Assembly (NCBI GenBank): GCA_002104945.1
Contig: MCFH01000073.1
Span: 124,001-188,000, forward strand
Direction of reading: 5' to 3'
DNA length: 64,000 bases
From: Piromyces finnis finn
Lineage: Eukaryota > Fungi > Neocallimastigomycota
Numbering within the stretch: the stretch's first letter is position 1; each line of letters starts with the position of its first letter. Shown here one piece after another: positions 40,781 to 50,900 of the stretch. Below the pieces are notes generated by a model. It did no database searches. It was not told the origin of the DNA and worked only from the letters and a program-made list of their open reading frames with translations. Position numbers and translations under genes: made by a program.

Positions 40781-40971
40781 ATATAAATCTAAAAGATGGG
40801 CTATTTTAATCTTGTGAAAAAAAAAGTGAACCAATAATACCGATTATTGTTCTTTTTTCTTTATCATGATTTAATAGTTTATTTTTTTTTAAAAAAAAAA
40901 AGAATTAACAAATGGAATTCTTTTTTTTTTTTTTTTTTACAAAATTTTGAATCTATATTCTATATTTTTTA

Positions 40972-41005
<34 letters not shown>

Positions 41006-41461
41006 AATAGTATCAAATTTTTGGTTTTATCATTAAAAAAAAAAAAAAACATTATTAAAAAAAAAACAATCTACATATATGTATATATGTAACTATATAA
41101 TAACACAAAGCTATTATGATATATTTTATGAAAAAAAAAAAAAACATTATAATAATCATTACATAAATATATATATATATAAATGAAACAATAAAATGAA
41201 ACAATAACACCAATTATTTTATTAAATAATTTTTTTAAAAAAAAAAGAAACAATAATAAAAAAAGAATAAATACAAATAATATTATTTATAAAATTAATT
41301 CTAATAAAGAGTAATAATATCAAGTAATTTTGGTAGATATTACATATGTGTTTTTTTCATACATTATCATTATATTAAATTTTTTTAGAAAAAGCTCGTA
41401 ATCAACTGCTAAAAAATTAAAAGTAAAGAAAAGCGGTATTATCTTTGTTGAATGAATATAT

Positions 41462-41474
41462 AAATAATGTATTC
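41462..41474. repeat. Target-site duplication of LINE copy 2 (partner 47160-47172)
   Basis: AAATAATGTATTC at 41462-41474, and again right after the poly(A) at 47160-47172. Confidence 0.9.
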
Positions 41475-41770
41475 CCTCTTGGGAACGTGCCTTCATTTAT
41501 TTAATAAATGTAGTTTCTCAAGGGGGTCTACTCATGCTCATGGTACTGAGAGAGTAGAAAGAATTAAATCCAAGTATTGCGCAATGGATGCTTGGTGCCC
41601 TCTTAGGAACGTGCCTTCATTTATTTAATAATGGAGTTTATCAAGGGGGTCTACTCATGCTCATGGTACTGAGAGAGTAGAAAGAATTAAATCCAAGCAT
41701 TGCGCAATGGATGCTTGGTTAGTCTTTAAGGGAAAATTATTAGGACTAAGCTCATGGTACTGAGCGATTA
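41474..41770 (+). ncRNA. Tandem 124-nt structured module (2 units + partial third) at the LINE 5' end; candidate cis-acting RNA or promoter monomer
   Basis: Units start at 41474 and 41598. Predicted stems: CCCTCTTGGGAA/TTCTCAAGGGGG, CATTTATT/AATAAATG, TCTACTC/GAGTAGA enclosing CTCA-TGGTAC-TGAG, and CCAAG(T/C)AT/ATGCTTGG. A third GCTCA-TGGTAC-TGAGC hairpin lies at 41750-41765. The same module is at ~32880-33172 (-) and ~47973-48265 (+). Function is inferred only. Confidence 0.5.
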
Positions 41771-44700
41771 AAAAACATTTTATTCATCGAATTGAGTATT
41801 TGATGAATAAGTTGAATGTTTGATATTCAGGTAAGTTTGTATAGTATTTAATTAGAAGAGTAATACATTTTGTTGCTGTATTTTTTCTTTTATTCATGTA
41901 TTCATGTAGTACTACTCTTCTCTTGTAAGAATCCAATGTAGTCAACTTTAGCATTTGCATTGTATTTTTATATTCATGTAGCTATTGTTGTATTGTTTCT
42001 TGTAAGAGACTGATTCACTCTACATCATGTAAAAATACTATTCACAAGCTTTCTGGTGTCGACATTCTTGATTCAAATTTTTTACCAATTTAAATATTTA
42101 ATGAAAAGTAAAGTCAAACAATTTTAGTGTCAAAAAGCGAATCGAATTTACTAACAACAAACCAAAACTAGAATTTTTAAAGAAAATTTACAACTAGAAT
42201 TCAAAAAAAGAAACTTTAAACAAAGCATCGTAACAATTTTTGTTCTATCCAGTACTTTTAAGAAGAGAGAGAGAGACAGATTTTTTTCCATATACGTTAT
42301 ATTTGTAATTTTTATTAGTATTTATTTTATATTCAATATTTTTTAATTAGAATTTATTATCATGTCAGTCCTTTATATTAAAGATAAGAATTATATCAGA
42401 CGTGGTACCCGGTCTTATGGTATCCCCTTAGATGATATTCGCTCCTTCTTTATCCGTGGTATTCGATCATGGTCAGTAAATATGCTATGGGAAAAACTCG
42501 AGGTTATTCTAGAAGATAAATTTAATTCAGTTATTAGTGTTAAATATTTTCAGACTTTCAATGATCACTTTTTCTTAGTCAAGGTTCATGGTTCATCGAA
42601 AGATTGTATTAAAATCTTACACATGTTAAAGAAGAAACTTTCAGTTACCTCAATTTCCTTTTCAGCTCGTAGTAGAAGGAATCACAAATACACTTTTTCC
42701 ACTCTCAAACGTAAAATTTTAGTTTCTAATAAACATCAACATTCTATTCAACAATCATTTCAACAATCAGTTCAACAATCTCATCAACAATCCGATCTTC
42801 AACTAGATCTTCAACAAGATCTTCAACAAGTTTCCAATCATGAAAATATTCCAGATCTACAGCAAACACAATTTCAATCTCAACATTCAACAATTAATTC
42901 TAATAGCTCTATCAACTCTGATAACAGTTCAATAGTTGATAGTTCTTCAGTTTCACAGCCATCTAGTAATAGTTCTACTTATTCCTCTGATGCATCATCC
43001 ATTAATAACGATGACTTTAATAATAATAATAATAGCAACGATTCTTCCTCATCCAACAAGCCTGATAACTTTTCTTTTTGTCTTAGTTGGAACACCAATG
43101 GGTGGAATCACGAAAAGAGAGATAGTATTAGCTATTTCACAGCTATTTTCAAACCATTATTTTTATGTTTCCAAGAAACTGGTAATGGTTCTGGATCGAA
43201 TACAGATTATCCTTGTCGTGTTACTTTGCGAAACTATAGACACTTTTTCAAGAAAGCTGACGAATCAGTTCCGGGAATGAGAGGTTTATATTTAGGTTTT
43301 CACAATTCATGTCAAGCCTCACTTGAAAACTTCTCTGGAAAGTATATTATTTCTATTTATACTTTTAGTCTCTGGAATAGATTCAAATGCTCGATTGGTA
43401 ATGTTTATATGCCTCATAGTCATCACAACATCTATGTTGATCATGCAAAGTTAGAAGTTCGCTTGTGGTTACAAACTCATTCATCCCATCCATCGATTCT
43501 TGTTGGTGATTTTAATATGTCTAAAGTAAAATTATCCAACTGGTTATCAACTAATGGATTAGGAGATTGGGAAATTCTTCCGCTTAGAGGGTCTACTATC
43601 TCTTGGACTCGAGGTGATCAATCTTCCGACATTGACCATGCTCTTATCAATTCGAAGATGAAAGATCTTATTCACTCAGGATCATTTATAAATAATTTTT
43701 ATCCTGTATCAGACCATAAGCCACTTCTTATTAATGGTAAAATTATTCCTATGGAAGATTTTTCTAATGACTTTAATGTTCCTAAGAAAATTCTGAAATG
43801 GAATAGATTAAAATGTATTGAGGAAAAGGAATCTATTCTCAGTCATAATAAATTCCAAATACTTTCAGCAAAATCCAGCGATCCTAATGTTTCTACAGAT
43901 GAACTTTCCAAAGAGTTTACTTCAACTGCTTTTTCAATTGCAGACGAGCTCAGTATTACCTCAGCAAATAATGTTATAAAGTCTTCATTTCATATTTCAC
44001 AACAAATTTTTAATCTTCAAAAAATCAAAATGAAGTTGTATAAGAGATTTAAAAAAGAAAGAATTTATGATATAGATGAATTTATTAAAAGAATTAAAAT
44101 CTACCGTAAACTCATTGATTACATCCACAAAAGATGTAATGAATTTAGGAAGCAAGAATATCTTCATTGGATTAAAACAGGATGTGAGTATATGAAGAGT
44201 CATAATCCTAAGAAGGCCTGGAAATGGATCAAGAAAACTGCAAAAATTGGAAAAGATTCTTTCTTTATTGCTCAACCAATTAAAAATAAAAATGGAGAAT
44301 TAGTTGTTGCTACAGAAGAACAACTAGATGTGTGGCATGATCATTTCGAAAATCTTGCATCAGACCCAAATGGTGTAAGTCTTGATTTGGAGCATTGGTA
44401 TGAAGAACCAACGAATAAACGTTTTTCACTTCCTATGCTTGATGAGTGGGATATCAACCAAGATATTAGTATTGATGAAGTCAAGTCAGCTATCCTCACT
44501 ACTCCAAATTATAAAGCATCAGGTCCGGATGGTATTCCAATTGAATTTTACAAAGCATTAGTTCCATCAAGTAATGATTCTAATAATGCTACAGATAATA
44601 ATTCTTCTGGTAATACTACTTCAGATAATGATGCTCATGGTTTAAATTTTATTCTTAAATTATTCAACCGTATTTGGGATGGAGATTTCCCCAACTCATG

Positions 44701-47120
44701 GAATGAATCCAGTATTGTTTCTATTCCTAAGAAGGGAGATTTGACAGATTGTGATAACTATCGAGGTATATCACTTATCAATAATGGTATTAAGTTGATT
44801 TCCAAAATTGTCACCACTAGAATCTCAGAATATGGTCTAAAGAATAATTTCATTAGACCTGAACAATTTGGTTTTCGAAAAAAGGAAGAAAGTATTAGTC
44901 TTTTCATTTCAATCCAAGAAATATGCCGTAGACGTCAATTAGATAATACAGAGACATATTTGGCCTTTTTAGATCTCAGGAAAGCATACGATTCAGTCCC
45001 AATCGGTAATATTCTCCATAAATTAGATTGTTTAGGAATCCGAGGTAAGAGTCTACAATTTATCAAAAATTTATATTTAACATCTAAGGCTAATGTCAAA
45101 TTAGATGGACAATTCTCGAAATCTTTTGATGTGAAGAAAGGAGTCCGTCAAGGATGCCCTCTTTCTCCTATTCTCTTTAATCTCTTTATTAATGATATAT
45201 TTAGAGAGTGCGAAGATCTAGGAGTCAGTTTAGGTGACACTCGATGCTGTGGTGGACTTTTTGCAGATGATATAGTTATTTGTGCTCCAACAAGAGGATG
45301 CTTAAAAAAGATGCTTAGAAGAGTTAATGAATGGGCACTGTATAATGAAATGGAATTTGGTATCCAGAAATGTTCAACGATGGTGATTCGTCCTGAATCA
45401 ATAGAAAATCAGAACAAGAGAGATCCAACATTTTACTTAGCAGGACAACCCATTCCAACTACTGATTGCTATACTTATCTTGGTGTTCCATTTGATAAGA
45501 ATCTGTCCCTTAAACCAGTAATTAAAGCTCTTAATAACAAGGTTTTGAAAGGACTTTTCTCAGTCAGTAAATTCTTAAGAAATCCTAATATTCCTATTCC
45601 TTTCAAAAAACTAGTACTTAACTCACAAGTAATCAGCAGAGTTTCATACTTTGCACCATTACTTGGATCCAACAAAGCTAGGTCTAGAATTGCTCAGAAG
45701 CATGTTAACAAAGGAATACGATGGGTTGCCGGAGTTCATAAAGCTGTATCGTTTATATCTTTATACTCTATCTCAAAAGATTTGAATATTCCTCCATTGT
45801 CAGCCAAATGTGCGTTAGCTCAGGTTAGATGTTTTAACAAATGGAAAAACTCAAATTGTATTATCTCACACCTTGTCAATTACATTCCTAAATTTAGAAA
45901 ATACACGTGGTGCAAATCAAGTAGGACACTTGATAAAAAACTAAAGAAACATGGAGATGTTAAAGCAGTTAAAAACTTTTATTGGAAAGATCTCAAAGGG
46001 AATTCAATCAAAGCGCAATATTATGATGATAATAAATTTATTGAAACTAAAGATTTTATTAAATTATGTTATGAATACCCAGAGTTTGCCTATGGCTTCT
46101 ACTGGCTATTGAAAGCAAGAAGCGGATACAAGTTGGATGCTAGAGTTGCCAAAGCTGCCAAATTTGTTGATCCAGTTTGTCCTAACTACTGTCCATGTTG
46201 CAAGTGTGGTGTTCAAAGTATTAAACATTGGTTATTAGATTGTCCAACATTTAGAGATATCCGTATTAAACATTATGATTCCATAGTTCAGCTATTAAAT
46301 TTTTTCAGTCAACGTAATTCCAATAGTCCTATCAATAATAATGAAATTGATAATATCAGTAGAGATAGTAATAACATTAATAGTAATAGTAACAATAGTA
46401 GTAATAACAATAGTAATAGTAACAATAGTAATAGTAACAATAGTAATAATAACAATAATAGAAATAATAATATTAGTAATGATAGCAATAGTGAAGATAA
46501 TAATTCTAATTTAGATAGTAATTTAGTTAATGATAGTAATAGTTCTAATAATCCGGTGAATATTAATGTGTATGATTATTCTAGTGTGTACAGTAAAATA
46601 TTTAAATTCCTTCTTGGGGGAAGAAGTTTTAACAATATTAATTACAATTCAAGGGAATGGAAAGAACTTTGTAAGCGTCAGATTCAATCTGATACTAACG
46701 AAGGAACACCATTCTTGACGGTAACCGCGGAACTTCTAACCAAAATCATGCCTTTTGCTATTGGCCAGCAATGGACAATGTTCAAAAGGTTTGAAGCAAC
46801 ATCCAAGAGCGTCAATGCTGAAGAAACAGTAAGACAGGCCAGGAGGGCCAGCGCAACCAATGGAGATCATAATTTTGTTCCATGACAAAATTTTGATCTT
46901 TGGCTCGGTGTCCCATTGGAAGTCAAATACAATTATTATACTTTAGTATGATAGTGGCTTTCTTACTTTAATTAAAATTACTAGAATACATTATACCCAA
47001 TTTTTATTCATTTGTGTTTATTTAAACATATTTTTTTTATTTTTATTTTATTTTTTAATTTTTTATTACATGTATTATAATTTTAATTAAATTAATAATA
47101 AAGTTTAAAATATTTGATGC

Positions 47121-47159
<39 letters not shown>
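41475..47159 (+). mobile_element. Full-length non-LTR retrotransposon (LINE), copy 2
   Basis: Starts (C)CCTCTTGGGAAC, has an intact 1507-aa ORF, a 3'UTR and poly(A) from 47124, with a 13-bp TSD. Confidence 0.96.
42362..46885 (+). CDS. LINE polyprotein (APE + RT + Cys/His knuckle), intact
   Basis: 1507-aa ORF nearly identical to 27755-32278, with the same catalytic motifs. Confidence 0.96.
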   Translation: MSVLYIKDKNYIRRGTRSYGIPLDDIRSFFIRGIRSWSVNMLWEKLEVILEDKFNSVISVKYFQTFNDHFFLVKVHGSSKDCIKILHMLKKKLSVTSISFSARSRRNHKYTFSTLKRKILVSNKHQHSIQQSFQQSVQQSHQQSDLQLDLQQDLQQVSNHENIPDLQQTQFQSQHSTINSNSSINSDNSSIVDSSSVSQPSSNSSTYSSDASSINNDDFNNNNNSNDSSSSNKPDNFSFCLSWNTNGWNHEKRDSISYFTAIFKPLFLCFQETGNGSGSNTDYPCRVTLRNYRHFFKKADESVPGMRGLYLGFHNSCQASLENFSGKYIISIYTFSLWNRFKCSIGNVYMPHSHHNIYVDHAKLEVRLWLQTHSSHPSILVGDFNMSKVKLSNWLSTNGLGDWEILPLRGSTISWTRGDQSSDIDHALINSKMKDLIHSGSFINNFYPVSDHKPLLINGKIIPMEDFSNDFNVPKKILKWNRLKCIEEKESILSHNKFQILSAKSSDPNVSTDELSKEFTSTAFSIADELSITSANNVIKSSFHISQQIFNLQKIKMKLYKRFKKERIYDIDEFIKRIKIYRKLIDYIHKRCNEFRKQEYLHWIKTGCEYMKSHNPKKAWKWIKKTAKIGKDSFFIAQPIKNKNGELVVATEEQLDVWHDHFENLASDPNGVSLDLEHWYEEPTNKRFSLPMLDEWDINQDISIDEVKSAILTTPNYKASGPDGIPIEFYKALVPSSNDSNNATDNNSSGNTTSDNDAHGLNFILKLFNRIWDGDFPNSWNESSIVSIPKKGDLTDCDNYRGISLINNGIKLISKIVTTRISEYGLKNNFIRPEQFGFRKKEESISLFISIQEICRRRQLDNTETYLAFLDLRKAYDSVPIGNILHKLDCLGIRGKSLQFIKNLYLTSKANVKLDGQFSKSFDVKKGVRQGCPLSPILFNLFINDIFRECEDLGVSLGDTRCCGGLFADDIVICAPTRGCLKKMLRRVNEWALYNEMEFGIQKCSTMVIRPESIENQNKRDPTFYLAGQPIPTTDCYTYLGVPFDKNLSLKPVIKALNNKVLKGLFSVSKFLRNPNIPIPFKKLVLNSQVISRVSYFAPLLGSNKARSRIAQKHVNKGIRWVAGVHKAVSFISLYSISKDLNIPPLSAKCALAQVRCFNKWKNSNCIISHLVNYIPKFRKYTWCKSSRTLDKKLKKHGDVKAVKNFYWKDLKGNSIKAQYYDDNKFIETKDFIKLCYEYPEFAYGFYWLLKARSGYKLDARVAKAAKFVDPVCPNYCPCCKCGVQSIKHWLLDCPTFRDIRIKHYDSIVQLLNFFSQRNSNSPINNNEIDNISRDSNNINSNSNNSSNNNSNSNNSNSNNSNNNNNRNNNISNDSNSEDNNSNLDSNLVNDSNSSNNPVNINVYDYSSVYSKIFKFLLGGRSFNNINYNSREWKELCKRQIQSDTNEGTPFLTVTAELLTKIMPFAIGQQWTMFKRFEATSKSVNAEETVRQARRASATNGDHNFVP

Positions 47160-47164
<5 letters not shown>

Positions 47165-47194
47165 ATGTATTCATTTTGGATATCTGGTATAAAT

Positions 47195-47925
47195 TAGTAA
47201 CAATAGTAATAGTAACAATAGTAATAGTAACAATAGTAATAGTAACAATATAATAATAACAATAATAGAAATAATAATATTAGTAATGATAGCAATAGTG
47301 AAGATAATAATTCTAATTTAGATAGTAATTTAGTTAATGATAGTAATAGTTCTAATAATACGGTGAATATTAATGTGTATGATTATTCTAGTGTGTGCAG
47401 TAAAATATTTAAATTCCTTCTTGGGGGAAGAAGTTTTAACAATATTAATTACAATTCAAGGGAATGGAAAGAACTTTGTAAGCGTCAGATTCAATCTGAT
47501 TCTAACGAAGGAACACCATTCTTGACGGTAACCGCGGAACTTCTAACCAAAATCATGCCTTTTGCTATTGGCCAGCAATGGTCAATGTTCAAAAGGTTTG
47601 AAGCAACATCCAAGAGCGTCAATGCTGAAGAAACAGTAAGACAGGCCAGGAGGGCCAGCGCAACCAATGGAGATCATAATTTTGTTCCATGACAAAATTT
47701 TGATCTTTGGCTCGGTGTCCCATTGGAAGTCAAATACAATTATTATACTTTAGTATGATAGTGGCTTTCTTACTTAATTAAAATTACTAGAATACATTAT
47801 ACCCAATTTTATTCATTTGTGTTTATTTAAACATATTTTTTTTATTTTTATTTTATTTTTAATTTTTTATTACATGTATTATAATTTTAATTAAATTAAT
47901 AATAAAGTTTAAAATATTTGATGCC

Positions 47926-47960
<35 letters not shown>
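47195..47960 (+). mobile_element. 5'-truncated copy of the same LINE
   Basis: Begins inside the Asn/Ser-coding repeat (TAGTAACAATAG) and contains the ORF 3' end (…ATNGDHNFVP*), the 3'UTR and poly(A). Flanked by an imperfect TSD: ATCTGGTATAAAT (47182-47194) / ATCTGTATAAAT (47960-47971). Confidence 0.92.
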
Positions 47961-47964
<4 letters not shown>

Positions 47965-47972
47965 TATAAATA

Positions 47973-50900
47973 CCCTCTTGGAACGTGCCTTCATTTATTT
48001 AATAAATGTAGTTTCTCAAGGGGTCTACTCATGCTCATGGTACTGAGAGAGTAGAAAGAATTAAATCCAAGTATTGCGCAATGGATGCTTTGTGCCCTCT
48101 TAGGAACGTGCCTTCATTTATTTAATAAATGAAGTTTATCAAGGGGGTCTACTCATGCTCATGGTACTGAGAGAGTAGAAAGAATTAAATCCAAGCATTG
48201 CGCAATGGATGCTTGGTTAGTCTTTAAGGGAAAATTATTAGGACTAAGCTCATGGTACTGAGCGATTAAAAAACATTTTATTCATCGAATTTAAGTATTT
48301 GATGAATAAGTTGAATGTTTGATACTCAGGTAAGTTTGTATAGTATTTAATTAGAAGAGTAATACATTTTGTTGCTGTATTTTTTCTTTTATTCATGTAT
48401 TCATGTAGTACTACTCTTCTCTTGTAAGAATCCAATGTAGTCAACTTTAGCATTTGCATTGTATTTTTATATTCATGTAGCTATTGTTGTATTGTTTCTT
48501 GTAAGAGACTGATTCACTCTACATCATGTAAAAATACTATTCACAAGCTTTCTGGTGTCGACATTCTTGATTCAAATTTTTTACCAATTTAAATATTTAA
48601 TGAAAAGTAAAGTCAAACAATTTTAGTGTCAAAAAGCGAATCGAATTTACTAACAACAAACCAAAACTAGAATTTTTAAAGAAAATTTACAACTAGAATT
48701 CAAAAAAAAGAAACTTTAAACAAAGCATCGTAACAATTTTTGTTCTATCCAGTACTTTTAAGAAGAGAGAGAGAGACAGATTTTTTTCCATATACGTTAT
48801 ATTTGTAATTTTTATTAGTATTTATTTTATATTCAATATTTTTAATTAGAATTTATTATCATGTCAGTCCTTTATATTAAAGACAAGAATTATATCAGAC
48901 GTGGTACCCGGTCTTATGGTATCCCCTTAGATGATATTCGCTCCTTCTTTATCCGTGGTATTCGATCATGGTCAGTAAATATGCTATGGGAAAAACTCGA
49001 GGTTATTCTAGAAGATAAATTTAATTCAGTTATTAGTGTTAAATATTTTCAAACTTTCAATGATCACTTTTTCTTAGTCAAGGTTCATGGTTCATCAAAA
49101 GATTGTATTAAAATCTTACACATGTTAAAGAAGAAACTTTCAGTTACCTCAATTTCCTTTTCAGCTCGTAGTAGAAGGAATCACAAATACACTTTTTCCA
49201 CTCTCAAACGTAAAATTTTAGTTTCTAATAAACATCAACATTCTATTCAACAATCATTTCAACAATCAGTTCAACAATCTCATCAACAATCCGATCTTCA
49301 ACAAGATCTTCAACAAGATCTTCAACAAGTTTCCAATCATGAAAATATTCCAGATCTACAGCAAACACAATTTCAATCTCAACATTCAACAATTAATTCT
49401 AATAGCTCTATCAACTCTGATAACAGTTCAATAGTTGATAGTTCTTCAGTTTCACAGCCATCTAGTAATAGTTCTACTTATTCCTCTGATGCATCATCCA
49501 TTAATAATGATGACTTTATAATAATAATAATAGCAACGATTCTTCCTCATCCAACAAGCCTGATAACTTTTCTTTTTGTCTTAGTTGGAACACCAATGGG
49601 TGGAATCACGAAAAGAGAGATAGTATTAGCTATTTCACAGCTATTTTCAAACCATTATTTTTATGTTTCCAAGAAACTGGTAATGGTTCTGGATCGAATA
49701 CAGATTATCCTTGTCGTGTTACTTTGCGAAACTATAGACACTTTTTCAAGAAAGCTGACGAATCAGTTCCGGGAATGAGAGGTTTATATTTAGGTTTTCA
49801 CAATTCATGTCAAGCCTCACTTGAAAACTTCTCTGGAAAGTATATTATTTCTATTTATACTTTTAGTCTCTGGAATAGATTCAAATGCTCGATTGGTAAT
49901 GTTTATATGCCTCATAGTCATCACAACATCTATGTTGATCATGCAAAGTTAGAAGTTCGCTTGTGGTTACAAACTCATTCATCCCATCCATCGATTCTTG
50001 TTGGTGATTTTAATATGTCTAAAGTAAAATTATCCAACTGGTTATCAACTAATGGATTAGGAGATTGGGAAATTCTTCCGCTTAGAGGGTCTACTATCTC
50101 TTGGACTCGAGGTGATCAATCTTCCGACATTGACCATGCTCTTATCAATTCGAAGATGAAAGATCTTATTCACTCAGGATCATTTATAAATAATTTTTAT
50201 CCTGTATCAGACCATAAGCCACTTCTTATTAATGGTAAAATTATTCCTATGGAAGATTTTTCTAATGACTTTAATGTTCCTAAGAAAATTTGAAATGGAA
50301 TAGATTAAAATGTATTGAGGAAAAGGAATCTATTATCAGTCATAATAAATTCCAAATACTTTCAGCAAAATCCAACGATCCTAATGTTTCTACAGATGAA
50401 CTTTCCAAAGAGTTTACTTCAACTGCTTTTTCAATTGCAGACGAGCTCAGTATTACCTCAGCAAATAATGTTATAAAGTCTTCATTTCATATTTCACAAC
50501 AAATTTTTAATCTCCAAAAAATCAAAATGAAGTTGTATAAGAGATTTAAAAAAGAAAGAATTTATGATATAGATGAATTTATTAAAAGAATTAAAATCTA
50601 CCGTAAACTCATTGATTACATCCACAAAAGATGTAATGAATTTAGGAAGCAAGAATATCTTCATTGGATTAAAACAGGATGTGAGTATATGAAGAGTCAT
50701 AATCCTAAGAAGGCCTGGAAATGGATCAAGAAAACTGCAAAAATTGGAAAAGATTCTTTCTTTATTGCTCAACCAATTAAAAATAAAAATGGAGAATTAG
50801 TTGTTGCTACGGAAGAACAACTAGATGTGTGGCATGATCATTTCGAAAATCTTGCATCAGACCCAAGTGGTGTAAGTCTTGATTTGGAGCATTGGTATGA

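Noticed and set aside
41474-41720. CRISPR-like array
   Set aside because: Two long adjacent 124-bp units with no unique spacers, in a eukaryotic retroelement.
41474-41770. Assignment of the 5' module to a known ribozyme or riboswitch (hammerhead, HDV-like, pistol, twister, SAM-I) or to the SRP Alu domain
   Set aside because: Only fragments match: CTGA-NN-GA without stem II/GAAA geometry; AAG..GCG..GT without the pistol P2; TTATCAAG and GGTGCC without the SAM-I core; CGTGCC/TGTAGT/CTACTC/CTGAG in SRP order but with incompatible pairing. No complete consensus is met.
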